Below are positions 45,414 to 56,818 of a DNA stretch of 64,000 nt, one piece after another. The number at the start of each line of letters is the position of its first letter. Positions within the stretch are counted from its first letter, which is position 1. Where the stretch lies: assembly GCA_964106645.2 (NCBI GenBank), contig OZ067038.1; one strand, given 5' to 3'. A model generated the notes under the pieces. It was not told where the DNA came from. It worked only from the letters and a program-made list of their open reading frames with translations, and made no database searches. The position numbers were made by a program, and so were the translations under genes. Source of the DNA: Podarcis pityusensis (taxonomy: Eukaryota).

Positions 45414-46416
45414 GTAAGCAATGCTTTTAAATATTTCCCCACTTCTAAATGAGACTTATATTGCCTAAAATATGCAGATGGAAGAACATAAACCTTTGGA
45501 AAATCTTTGGAAGATCTGAGAAAGTGCTGTAGGGGTACTGAGAAAATAATTTCTATATCAACACAATTTAAATGGCTTGAATTGTAAATCGTGCAGTTAA
45601 GCAAAATATATAGAATGTAGTCATCCATGTTTCATATTTACACAACAGAAAATATATAATTCAAGGGGAGCAGTTTTAACGTTAGAAATCTGAAGATTGC
45701 TTTTGTAATGAAAAGCAATTGTAAGTAATATGTAAATAATATTTGATAAAAATATGTTGGTTGCAATTGTTAAAGCAATGTACCAGGTGCCTCTGGAAGT
45801 TAATAACTGCAATCAATTGGTTCATCGTAGCCATATATAGGGGTTTTTTTTTGTTAATGTTCCCATGTAAACAATTCAGAAAATCAATGTGCGTGTCTCA
45901 TTGATCTGGACAATGTGTGGTTCAAGGCCTGAGGTAGAAGTTTTGCAAAAGTTCAGTAGGTCGTAGTCATTGGTTGTGTGAGCAGATGGAAGGGTTGTGC
46001 ACAGTGCTCTGATCAACTTTAACTCTTTAGCAGCTGGTTGCAACACAGCCAACGCTGTTCAGGAGGGCCTCTGACCCTCCAAAGAGCTTTTTCATGGGGC
46101 TCAGTGGGCTGCAGTGGGGAGGGGAAAGATTGGTTGCACAAGCTCCCTTCCACTCACACAGTCATTAGATACAGAACAATGGGGTCCAAGTATTGTCAAC
46201 GTACATGCCAGAGAATGTGTTGTTCCGATATTTGTACTCCGAGGCAGGATGTTGAGAATCAGCTGCAGCCAGTACAATGTTTTGTCCCCAAAGGGGAATG
46301 AAAGGTTGCTACCATTGTGAATATCCAAATACCAGAAATACGGACCTGATAAAAGGAAGTGAAAGCTATTAAAAACAAGCGTTGTACAAACCTTTGCATT
46401 TGTTTGCTCTTGGAAG

Positions 46417-46543
46417 GACTGTGAAATTAAGGAGGAAGGCAAAAGGCACTGTCTTACACTCTACAACGTGCGCTTGGACCAGGCCGGTAGCGTAGATTTC
46501 CAAGCAGCCAATGCCAAATCATCTGCCAATCTTCGAGTAAAAC
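46417..46543 (+). CDS. TTN: Ig ~I95, second half (DCEIKEEGKRH...NLRVK)
   Basis: tggaag| acceptor, AAC|gtaagt donor. Confidence 0.94.
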
Positions 46544-47039
46544 GTAAGTGTCTTGCAAGTGTATCTGTAAGATCACTTGTCTTTTACATCAGTAACTGAG
46601 CTAAACTGAAACAAGTTGGGAGTCAGAGTGGGGCATGTGATCTGTTGTTAATGGGACAGTAAATGAGAAGGAGAGACAGTCGGGTGAGCTTAAGTTGAGG
46701 AGTAGTTATTTGATATAGTTGTGTCACTTATTCTTTCTTTATAAAAGCTTTTTATAAGTTAATTCTGATACTTTTAATTTAGTTAGTTAGTTAGTTTGTT
46801 TTTAGATCGTGGGATAGGTATTATATAAAGATTTTCAATTAGTTAATAAGAACAGGTTGTTAGACCACTGGAATCGCCCCTCCTTATTCCAGGATGATTG
46901 GCAAGGTAGCATAATGAGTTGTTACGAAATCTAAAATATTACAAATGGACTCTCTGCTGTGCTTGGCATTTGGGGTATAAGATCTGAGAGATAACACCAT
47001 GCTGACATTTGTGGAAAGTGCCAGTAGCTTGATGGACAG

Positions 47040-47384
47040 GAACACCCTACACAGTTGGTGGCCACTTGTCTCTCTATCCAATTGTAGACCTTGCTATTTT
47101 GGAAGGCGCATGCCTTATCTAGCAAGAGGCATGCAGGGCTTGGCAAAGGAGACAGATGCAACGTAGCTTTCTTGCTGATCTTTTCATTTAAAAGGAACAG
47201 GCTCCGCAAATAGGGAATCTCCAGTGACCAGCCCTCCCCCTGAAAACCCCAAGGGCCCAGATCTAGCCAGGGAATTTAAATAGCCTCTGTACATCATACT
47301 CCCTCTCTCTTGGGGAAAGGCACTATGGCCGTTAGTAAAAGGTGCAGGTGGCTAATCTGAAGATGTTTTCTTCGTTCCGTCAAG
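47040..47384 (+). promoter_or_regulatory. Putative internal (Cronos-type) titin promoter, 5' UTR and in-frame start codon at 47363
   Basis: E-boxes (47052, 47063, 47153), MEF2-like ctattttgga (47094), GATA ttatct (47115), TATA-like tttaaatag (47275), in-frame ATG; position equals the intron before the exon-240 equivalent. Confidence 0.72.
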
Positions 47385-47527
47385 CACGTGTAATTGGCCT
47401 GCTGAGGCCTCTGAAGGATGTAACTGTAACAGCTGGTGAAACGGCAAACTTTGAATGCGAACTCTCCTATGAGGGAATTGTAGTGGACTGGTTCTTGAAA
47501 GGACAGAAATTGGAGCCCAGTGACAAG
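47385..47527 (+). CDS. TTN: Ig ~I96 (I32), first half (PRVIGLLRPLKD...EPSDK); exon-240 equivalent
   Basis: tcaag| acceptor, AAG|gtatag donor. Confidence 0.95.
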
Positions 47528-47979
47528 GTATAGAAGACATTCTTTCTCTTCTCCCCTTTTTCCGTGTCAAACCCTATTTCTTTCCCTCTTTCTCTCCTAC
47601 CCCTCCCTTCTGTGAGACTGACAGTGCAATCCTATACATACTTATCTGGAAGTAAGCCCCACTGAGCTCAATGGGGCTTGCTTCCGAGTAGAGATCCATA
47701 GGATTGCACTGTAAGGCGCTATTCTAAAATATCATTCAGAAAAATCAGTTCCTTCCACATGGTGGGAGATAAAAATTTCAAAGTGAGAGGTGAAAGGGGT
47801 TGGGGAGGTTTTGTATCAGTGCTAACATAAAGGGATATGTAATATTTTTATATTAGTGGGGAAGTTTATGATTGTTTGCATCTCCTGATTCTTTCCCTTC
47901 TCTGAATGTAGAGCTGGCATCCAGTTCTGCATATAAGGGGATTAAGGAGATTGAAATTCCATTTCAGGCATTTGAGCAG

Positions 47980-48095
47980 GCTTCCAGATAACTTTCTCGG
48001 TAGATCTGCTCGCAGAGCATTTCTCACCAGCTATTTTTAACCCTTCATCAAGTGTGCCGTTAGCGCTGAGATGTGAACAGCCTGGAATGCAGTTC
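47980..48095. promoter_or_regulatory. Candidate striated-muscle enhancer (GATA, MEF2, NKX2-5, TEAD motifs)
   Basis: AGATAA 47986, CTATTTTTAA 48031, TCAAGTG 48048, TGGAATG 48083. Confidence 0.55.
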
Positions 48096-49018
48096 ATTCA
48101 ATATTTAAAATGTTTTAGCAGCAAGCCATATAGTAGTATAAGTAATCACATGCAGTAGTTGCATTCAGTGAAATATTATTTGGTGCATGCTTTTTTAGAT
48201 CCTCTGTTTAAGTCGTTAGAGTGTCTGTTAATGATAGGCTTACGCAGAGAATATTTGCAAAGGAAAACAGACCTATACCTGCTAATATAAGGCCTAGTTA
48301 GTGCAAGTTTGAAATTACCATAGCCAATTCAGCCTAATTAAAACATTAAATTTAAACTAGCATAGCGAGATTTAACTAAATGGATAGATTAATCCTTACT
48401 GTTCCCATGAAAAATATTTTAATGGTGAAGCATTATTAGATGCATCATAAATATTTCAACTTTTATTTCAACTTTCATATTAATAGTTAGCAAGATTTTA
48501 TGTTTTGCTTCTGATTAACCCATCTACATCAGTTTAAATGGGCCTATGATAACACAAACAATGGTGTTTAGGGCACTCCTACCCCAGTCCAGTAAGGGAC
48601 TATAATCCATGCAGAACCAGGTCTCTCCTGACTTCTTCCCAGCTGGACAGGGGAGCTATGATGAAAAGCTTCTTATACACATACTGTAGTTCTCCTTTTT
48701 GATTGATTTGGATTATATCAACCCTTTGAAGAAGTTTACAGTTCCAGCAATCAGCTGGTGGATTCAGTCTGCCGACTCCCACAAAACTCTAGAGGCCTTT
48801 GGGGCTTGGCGACTGATGCAGTACGAAGAGCTGAAACTGCGACAAGAAATCAGAGAGGCCCCAATACATGCCCAGAAGTGCATGGGTGTATAACTGGGAG
48901 TCTTTGTTTACCAGCCTGTTTAGACAGACATGTGCTAACACAAATGTTTGATATAAGGTCGCAACGTGTTTTCATACCAAATCTATTCTCCTGAACGTTC
49001 CTTTCTTCTTTTTTTAAG

Positions 49019-49142
49019 ATCGTGCCCCGTGCTGAAGGCAGAGTTCACACCCTTGTTCTAAGAGATGTGAAACTAACAGATGCTGGAGAAGTCAAACTGA
49101 CTGCAAAGGATTTCAGAACTCAAGCAAATCTTTTTGTAAAAG
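49019..49142 (+). CDS. TTN: Ig ~I96, second half (IVPRAEGRVH...NLFVK)
   Basis: ttttaag| acceptor, |gtaggc donor. Confidence 0.95.
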
Positions 49143-49398
49143 GTAGGCTTCCTAAAGTAACAATTTATTCCCTTAGTAATATGCTAGAGACTACTGATCT
49201 GTGTTAGGCAAACTGCATGATTGGGCCGATCCTTTTCTGCAGTACTTTTTACACATAAAATGCTGAAAAGATTTCTGGCCATAACTCAGTCTTTCAAAAA
49301 GATCAGAATGATAGCTAGCTTTTAAATCTCTTGGGAAGAAAAAATGATGCATGTAGCACCAACATGATTTGTGGGGGTTTTTCCCTCCCTGTCCTCAG

Positions 49399-49665
49399 AA
49401 CCACCTGTTGAGTTTACTAAGCCTCTTGAGGACCAGACTGTAGAGGAGGAAGCTACTGCAGTTCTGGAGTGCGAAGTATCCAGAGAAAACGCACCAGTGA
49501 AATGGTTCAAGAATGGCCAAGAAATCCACAAGACAAAGAAATATGATATAATTGCTGATGGCAGAGTCAGGAAACTTATCATTCACGGCTGCACACTGGA
49601 CGATGCTAAAACGTACACATGTGATTCTAAAGATTTCAAGACATCTTGTTTCTTGAACGTTGAAC
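49399..49665 (+). CDS. TTN: Ig ~I97 (EPPVEFTKPLED...FLNVE)
   Basis: ctcag| acceptor, |gtaagt donor. Confidence 0.96.
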
Positions 49666-49959
49666 GTAAGTTTTTCTCATAATTTCCTTATAAAGACATA
49701 AAGATACTTGTTTGCATGATTCCAAAGGTAGGCATGTTGCAGATATATGGGTGGGTCAAACTGATGGTGCTGTAAAACAAGCAGACCTTTGACTTAAGTG
49801 GGTTGGGCTTTTTCTTTCATCCACAAAAGTGGGAACCTCTACTTTATCATAACTCTATTAGAATAAATTATTATAACTAAGGCCATTGCTACGAATTGAG
49901 ATTCACGGATAAGAAAAAAAGAGATCGTTTTCAAACTGGAAATTTTTTCTTCCTTATAG

Positions 49960-50057
49960 CACCTCATGTTGAGTTCACAAAGCCCCTTACGGATATTGAA
50001 GTTAAAGAAAAAGAAGTTGCTCGGTTTGAATGTGAAATTTCCCGACCAAATGTTCAG
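49960..50057 (+). CDS. TTN: Ig ~I98, first part (PPHVEFTKPLTD...PNVQ)
   Basis: tatag| acceptor, CAG|gtctgt donor. Confidence 0.93.
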
Positions 50058-51188
50058 GTCTGTAATGTTTGTGTCTCTTCATATTTGCCCTTGTCAATAG
50101 CTTTTGCACAGAATCTCACAGCATTTATTGCAGCCACCAGGAAACATTTTCTATTTTTCTAGTCACTAGGGCAGCCCAAAGCATTTAGAAGGTGGAAATT
50201 GTGTCTACTAATAGCTCAAACCAAAATATGATCTAGGTTGTCTGCATCATTCAGTCCCACCTTCACTAGCTCCTTACTATAGATCTCCAGTTGCCAACGT
50301 GGTGCCTGAGCAGCTTCATCTTTTTCACCTCTAAAGATTTCCTTAGGTGCCCTCAAAGCCTCTGAGCACCCTTCCCACCCATCTGCTTTTCAAGGATCAG
50401 ATTGGCACCTGAGCAGCTTTCTTAGGGCTGCCACGACATGGAAATATGGATCTGAGGCATGGGTCCTTAAGGATTCTCATAGCCTGATTGTTCCCTAACG
50501 CCCACCCCCAGGGAACCTAACCCTTCATACCAGCCTGCCATTGGCCAATTCCGCAGGCTGACGCTGAACATGATTTCAAGTTGTGAGTGTGAGCCGAAGC
50601 TCTCGCTCCGGCTGGGATCAGCCCACCACACCCTGTCCTGCATCGTTGGCAGGTAGTGGGGGGGGGGAGTGCTGGTCGTCCCACAAAGCTGCTGCCCTCC
50701 TAAAAGGGGTAAGCAGACTTCCAGGACCTTAATAACAAAAACCAGTACTGACAATGAAAATAAAATACACCTATCTGAATGTACATTCTGTCTACATATA
50801 TTACTTTGGTTATAGAGCCAAATAATATGCCCTTTCCAATAGGTGATTGGCACCATCGTCAATTTTTCTAATTCAACTCCACATGTGCAGCTTCCAAATT
50901 GGAACAAACAATGGACCCAATACTCTCATGCTTACAGCTGATTTCTGAGTTTAGATGAAAAATAATTGCATTAAATGTGCACCATTTGACATGTTCATAG
51001 GGAATGCATCTATATTCACTGTGGAATATTGGTTTATGGTTTAGTTTAAAATGTCATCCAGGCATGCTTTAATCTAATACAGTCAGTAATTATATATTTC
51101 AATTTCTCAGTTACTGCTTCAGTTGATATTGCAGTATCTCTTCTTTGCATTCTGTTCAACTTGATTTTTATCACTATTTTAAATATAG

Positions 51189-51357
51189 GCACGGTGGTTT
51201 AGGGATGGTGTTGAAATCAGAAAAGGCAAGAAGTTTGACATCATTGCTAAAGGTGCCCAGAGAATACTTGTTATCAACAAATGTCTGCTTGATGATGAGG
51301 CAGAATACGCATGTGAAGCAAAAGGAGCCAGAACCTCTGGCATGCTGACAGTGATAG
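51189..51357 (+). CDS. TTN: Ig ~I98, second part (ARWFRDGVEIRKGKK...MLTVI)
   Basis: tatag| acceptor, |gtaaag donor. Confidence 0.93.
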
Positions 51358-51454
51358 GTAAAGCTAAAATCAAGTTTGTTGCATTTACATGAAAGAGCAA
51401 TGGCTTGATCGCTGTTGTGATCAAATACAACCATTGTTCTTTTTCTTTTTACAG

Positions 51455-51721
51455 AAGAGGAAGCTGTCTTTACCAAAAAACTTCCCAATGTGGAAGCAAG
51501 TGAAACAGACACTGTCAAATTGATTTGTGAAGTTTCCAAGCCTGATGCAGAAGTAACTTGGTTCAAAGGCGATGAGGAGTTGCCTGAAGGTGGTAGATAT
51601 GAACAGATTGCTGATGGCCGGAAGAGAATTTTGGTCATCCACAATGCTAGTCTTGACGATGCAGCAGCGTACACCTGCAAACTTCCTAGCAGTCAGACAA
51701 CTGGCAAGCTGAAAGTTCATG
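51455..51721 (+). CDS. TTN: Ig ~I99 (EEEAVFTKKLPNVEASE...KLKVH)
   Basis: tacag| acceptor, |gtaaga donor. Confidence 0.96.
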
Positions 51722-51769
51722 GTAAGAAAACTACTTTGGAATTTTTCACAAGTGTTGCCAGGTGACATG

Positions 51770-52452
51770 TAGGGCTGGGCGCTATATTGATATATCACCC
51801 CAAACCGGTTTCTAGACATTGTGATAACCATTTCAAAATAAATGACCCAGCAATGTATCACAACTTGTGTGTGTGTGCTATGCAAAAATTCACAATACAG
51901 TCATACCTTGGAAGTTGAACGGAATCCGTTCTGGAAGTCCCTTTGACTTCCAAAACGTTTGGAAACCAAAGTGTGGCTTCTGATTGGCTGCGGAAGCCCC
52001 GGTGGACGTTCAACTTCCAAAAATTGTTTGCAAACTGGAACACTCACTTTTGGGTTTGCGGCGTTCGGAAGCCAAAACGTTTTAGAACTAAGCTGTTCAA
52101 AAACCAAGGTATGACTATATTTGAAAAACCAGAAAGTCAGCCGGTGCTTCTGTGTCTCCTTGAGGTGAATGAACAGGCGCTCCTTCCTTCCTTCCTTCCT
52201 TCTGTGTGTTTGTGTGCGCATGTGCGCCTCAGCTGAGCAGTTTAAGGAAGCTCACTCCACATCCACCCCTCCAGCTTCAGCTGGAGCAGAATGGGAGCTT
52301 GCTCAGTTGTAGGGCTGGACGATGCATCTCAGCTGCTTCTTCCTCTTATTTACTCCTCCCTCCTTATTTCAGACGTTGCGATATATCAGCATATTGTGGT
52401 ATTTAGCTGGTGATACATCACGATGTTGAAAACCACATATCACCCAGCCCTA
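51770..52452. mobile_element. hAT-type non-autonomous element with nested MITE
   Basis: TIRs tagggctgggcg / cacccagcccta; perfect 8-bp TSD GTGACATG. Confidence 0.85.
51898..52117. mobile_element. Tc1/pogo (Tigger-like) MITE nested in the hAT element
   Basis: TA|cagtcataccttgg ... ccaaggtatgacta|TA. Confidence 0.82.
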
Positions 52453-52668
52453 GTGACATGTGTGCAGCTGAGTAGGGTTTTTGACCCACTTCTTATTGAC
52501 CGAATATGCACGGTTGTGTCATCTGTGCTAGGACACGGCCATGTCAAGTCAGTCTGAGACATCTTTTGCTGACTGAAAATATTTTTGGTTATCAATTAGA
52601 TGGGACGGGGTGATCTACTTATCCCCATATCAAAAACTAAAAAGCAATATGCCCAACATCTTTTTCAG

Positions 52669-52935
52669 AACTTGCAGCAGAATTTATAACCAGGCCACAG
52701 AACGTTGAAGTAATTGAAGGAGAAAAAGCAGAATTTGTCTGCTCAGTATCCAAAGAAGCCTTTGACGTACAGTGGATAAGGGATGATACTGTTCTTGAAG
52801 CCAATGATAAGTATGACATAATTTCTGACGGCAAAAAGAGAGTCCTGGTCATTAAAGAGTCTGTTCTGGATGACGATGGAACTTATTCTGTCATGGTCGG
52901 TGCAGCCAAAGCAACAGCCCGCTTGACAGTGATTG
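52669..52935 (+). CDS. TTN: Ig ~I100 (ELAAEFITRPQNVEV...RLTVI)
   Basis: ttcag| acceptor, |gtaagc donor. Confidence 0.96.
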
Positions 52936-53038
52936 GTAAGCTTTATGGGGCTTTCTCATACATTTGTGGGCATGCTTTTATTTCCTTTGTGAGGATGTAA
53001 TTCGCATCATAATAATAATATGCAAATTCAAATTGCAG

Positions 53039-53317
53039 AAAAACTCAGGATTGTCATCCCACTGAAGGACCAACAAGTAAGAGAGGGAGAAGAACTTGTA
53101 TTTAACTGTGAGGTTAATACAGAAGGTGCCAAGGCGAAGTGGTACAAAGATGAAGAAGCAATATTCGACAGCGCAAAATACATCATGGTCCATAAGGATT
53201 TAGTTTACACTCTAAGAATTAGAGACGCCCATTTGAATGACCAAGCAACCTACAACATAGTCCTGGCAAACAAGAGAGGAGAACAAGTAAAGAGCTCTGC
53301 TACTTTGACTGTGCTTG
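53039..53317 (+). CDS. TTN: Ig ~I101 (EKLRIVIPLKDQ...TLTVL)
   Basis: tgcag| acceptor, |gtaagt donor. Confidence 0.96.
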
Positions 53318-53847
53318 GTAAGTGTTTTCCCAGGGCTATTATTCTAGAAAAAGAGTTTCCATGAATGCCTCCCTTGTTCTCTTATAATGGCAATGGTGCC
53401 CACTTGAGAGGTGTGCCATTCCAGAGAGGAATGGCAGACTAAGATGTTGGCCAATGCCGAAATGGCAAAACTGACCGGAAAGCTCAGGAACCAAGAAGAC
53501 CAAAAATTTCAATAAACAATGGGGGAAATTTATAATTTATTTGGGAGACCCAAATAAAACATTAGCAGGACTGCAATAACACTTGTAAGATACCAAATAT
53601 TATGGATAAAATGGAGAGACATAAAATATGGACTATGAGATAATATGCAGTTGAAAAGGATAACAATAGGACCCATGGAAGAGATGGTGGGAGAGGGAGA
53701 GAGAGGTGCTGGAACTGATTTATGGCTGGAAAAAAAGTCCTGGTGTTTTCTTATTCTAAGTGGCACAGGCTTTCACTCTTGCCAAATTACTGTTTGGATG
53801 AGGATGTAAATTAACAACACTTTTCAAACCACTTCTCTCTTAAACAG

Positions 53848-54256
53848 AGGAAGACCTCAGAATTATTGAGCCTCTTCAAGACATTGAAACCATGGAGAAG
53901 AAGTCTGTCACATTCTGGTGTAAGGTTAACCGCCTCAACGTAACCCTCCAGTGGACAAAGAATGGTGAAGAAGTCACCTTCGACCGCCGCATTTTGTACA
54001 AAGTGGATAAATACAAGCATTCGCTTATCATTAAAAACTGTGGATTTATAGATGAAGGAGAGTACGTTGTTACTGCTGGCCAAGACAAGTCGGCTGCAGA
54101 GCTTATAATCACGGAGGCACCTGCAGATTTCATTGAGCACTTGCAGGACCAGACAGTCACTGAATTTGATGATGCAGTCTTCAGTTGCCAGCTTTCCAAA
54201 GAGAAAGCAATGGTGAAGTGGTACAGAAACGGACGAGAAATTAAAGAGGGCAAAAA
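53848..54256 (+). CDS. TTN: Ig ~I102 plus first half of ~I103 (EEDLRIIEPLQD...IKEGK)
   Basis: aacag| acceptor, AA|gtaggt donor (phase 2). Confidence 0.95.
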
Positions 54257-54361
54257 GTAGGTGCAGGTGCTTTTAACTGGTTGGTGGTATACTATGGTTG
54301 CTGTCTGGATTCTTGCCTCTGAATTTAACACATAATCCTTTTTTTTCTGTCTGCAATAAAG

Positions 54362-54486
54362 GTATCAGTTTGAAAAGGATGGAAATTTACACAGGTTAAT
54401 CATAAAAGACTGCAGGCCAGAGGATGAATGCGAGTATTCCTGTGGTGTGGATGACAGGAGATCCAGAGCAAGACTTTTTGTGGAGG
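54362..54486 (+). CDS. TTN: Ig ~I103, second half (YQFEKDGNLHRL...RLFVE)
   Basis: taaag| acceptor, |gtatgt donor. Confidence 0.94.
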
Positions 54487-54593
54487 GTATGTTTACAATT
54501 TCTATTTATCTTTCACCTTTCAATATTTTTTTTGTAAAAAAAAAAGAAAAAAGTATGTCAACGCAATCTAAATTTTATTCTTATTTTGACCAG

Positions 54594-54860
54594 AAATTCC
54601 TGTGGAGATTATCCGACCACCGCAAGATATTTACGAAGCCCCTGGCTCTGATGTCCTTTTCTTTGCTGAACTGAATAAAGATAAGGTGGAAGTCAAATGG
54701 TTGAGAAATAACATGATAATAGTCCAGGGAGATAAACACCAAATGATGAGTGAAGGAAAAGTCCATAGGCTGCAAGTCTGTGAGATTAGGCCTCGCGATC
54801 AAGGAGAATATAGATTTATTGCCAAAGATAAAGAAGCTCGAGCTAAGCTAGAACTGGCAG
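54594..54860 (+). CDS. TTN: Ig ~I104 (EIPVEIIRPPQD...KLELA)
   Basis: accag| acceptor, |gtaagc donor. Confidence 0.96.
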
Positions 54861-55307
54861 GTAAGCCTCTGAAATTTTTTAACAATAAAATAATATTTAT
54901 ATGAGTAATGCAACATTTTAAATACTTTTTCTGGGTGTTAATTTCAGTGATTAACACACTACTAGTGGTAATAAAAAAGCTCTGTAACTGAGAACCTACA
55001 ATCACGTTGGATGATTCTCACGTGTTTCTGTAGCCTTTATTATGCAGCTTTCTAATGTAGCTTCTGTGCATTTAGAAGTCAAAATGACCCAGCACAGATT
55101 AATTATCTTTGTATGTTGGAGGCAACAATAGTGCCCCCACTGACCAGAATGGGACAAGATGGTGTCTATACAACATTACTAATGGTTATGATTTTGGTTC
55201 TCCCTTCGCACCAAAGTTGCTTAAAAATCACGAAACAGCTCACTGCGCTGTTGTTTTCTGTTTCAGATTTTCTGTAACGTATTTCATTGATTATTATTTT
55301 TTACTAG

Positions 55308-55577
55308 CTGCTCCAAGAATAAAGATAGCTGATCAGAACCTTGTGGTAGATGTTGGGCAGCCATTGACTATGGTGGTTCCATATGATGCCTACCCACGTG
55401 CAGAAGCTGAGTGGCTGAAGGGAGAAGAAGCCTTGCCCACTCTTACTGTTGATACAACACCTGAGAGTACCACCTTCAGAATTCACGAAGCAAAGACGAC
55501 TGACAGAGGGAGTTACAAAATCATCCTTAAAAATAAGCATGGCCAAGCTGAAGCACACATCAATGTTCAAGTTATTG
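55308..55577 (+). CDS. TTN: Ig ~I105 (AAPRIKIADQNL...NVQVI)
   Basis: actag| acceptor, |gtaagc donor. Confidence 0.96.
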
Positions 55578-55765
55578 GTAAGCTCATCATTTCCTATGGC
55601 CAAGGGTTCTTGTTCTTTCTGATGTAGAAAATGAAAGCATTGGTATATAATGATGAGAGAAATAAGAAACTGCATCCACGAACCTCACTAAGTTGTTATT
55701 GTTTTATGAAACCCAAAGCAAATCCCAAATTCTTTTAAGTAAACATACTTTTGCTTTATTCCCAG

Positions 55766-56068
55766 ATGTCCCTGGCCCAGTTAGAAACCTGGAAGTAACT
55801 GAGACATTTGATGGTGAAGTTAGCCTTGCCTGGGAGGAACCAGAAAGCGATGGTGGTAGTAAAATCACTGGGTATGTTGTTGAAAGGCGTGATGTCAAAC
55901 GAAAGACCTGGATTTTGGCAACGGATCGTGCCGACAGTTGTGAATACACAGTGACTGGCCTTCAAAGGGGAGGCGTGGAGTATCTCTTCCGCGTGAGTGC
56001 GAAAAACAGAGTGGGCACCGGTGAGCCAGTCGAAACAGACAAACCTGTGGAAGCCAAGAGTAGATTTG
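55766..56068 (+). CDS. TTN: First Fn3 of the I/A junction (~I106) (DVPGPVRNLEV...AKSRF)
   Basis: W..P.SDGGSKITGYVVE Fn3 motif; cccag| acceptor, |gtaaga donor. Confidence 0.96.
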
Positions 56069-56163
56069 GTAAGAAAATTGTTATTTGGAGACTAGAATTT
56101 GTTGAAGTTCTGTTGAATAGGAAAATAACGTTTTTTTAAAAAAAATCTCTTATGACCTTGCAG

Positions 56164-56466
56164 ATGTCCCAGGACCTCCTCTCAATGTACAAGTTGTTGA
56201 TGTGAACAGATTTGGTGCGTCTCTTACTTGGGAACCCCCAGATTATGATGGAGGGTCTCCGATTACGGGCTATATCATTGAATTACGTGACAGAGCTTCG
56301 ATCAAGTGGGAACCAGCCATGACCACAGGAGCACATGACTTAGCTGGAACCTTAACTGATGTGGTGGAAAACAAAGAATACTTTTTCAGAGTCAGAGCTC
56401 AAAACCAGGTTGGAATTGGCAAACCTAGTGCTTCTACACATGCGGTGAAGATAATGGATCCAATTG
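56164..56466 (+). CDS. TTN: Fn3 (~I107) (DVPGPPLNVQV...IMDPI)
   Basis: tgcag| acceptor, |gttagt donor. Confidence 0.96.
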
Positions 56467-56818
56467 GTTAGTATGCAGGCGATAAGAAAATATTTCTAGA
56501 TAGTTATAATATCATTTGCTTATAAAATATGAAAACAGGAAAGACTTGAGTGAATCAGTTGATATATCTCAAACAAAAGTCCAGTGTTTATTATTCAGTT
56601 TCATAGAAACCATTATATATGTTGTTTTGAGAAATTAGCAGTGTCAGAAAATGAAAATAATAGAAGCTCCACATAAGCTCTAAAGCAAGGACCACTGTTG
56701 ATGTTCAATGAGGAAGGATTTATGGAAATAATACTGTAATCTATTTAGTAGAAGACTGTGACAAGAATCTAGCAAGCTACTTTTGGCATACTCTAAGGCT
56801 TGTACATATGCACTAATG

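Noticed and set aside
48699-48893. Protein-like 64-aa ORF in the intron after exon 47385
   Set aside because: Non-ATG start, no convincing splice sites, no recognisable homology
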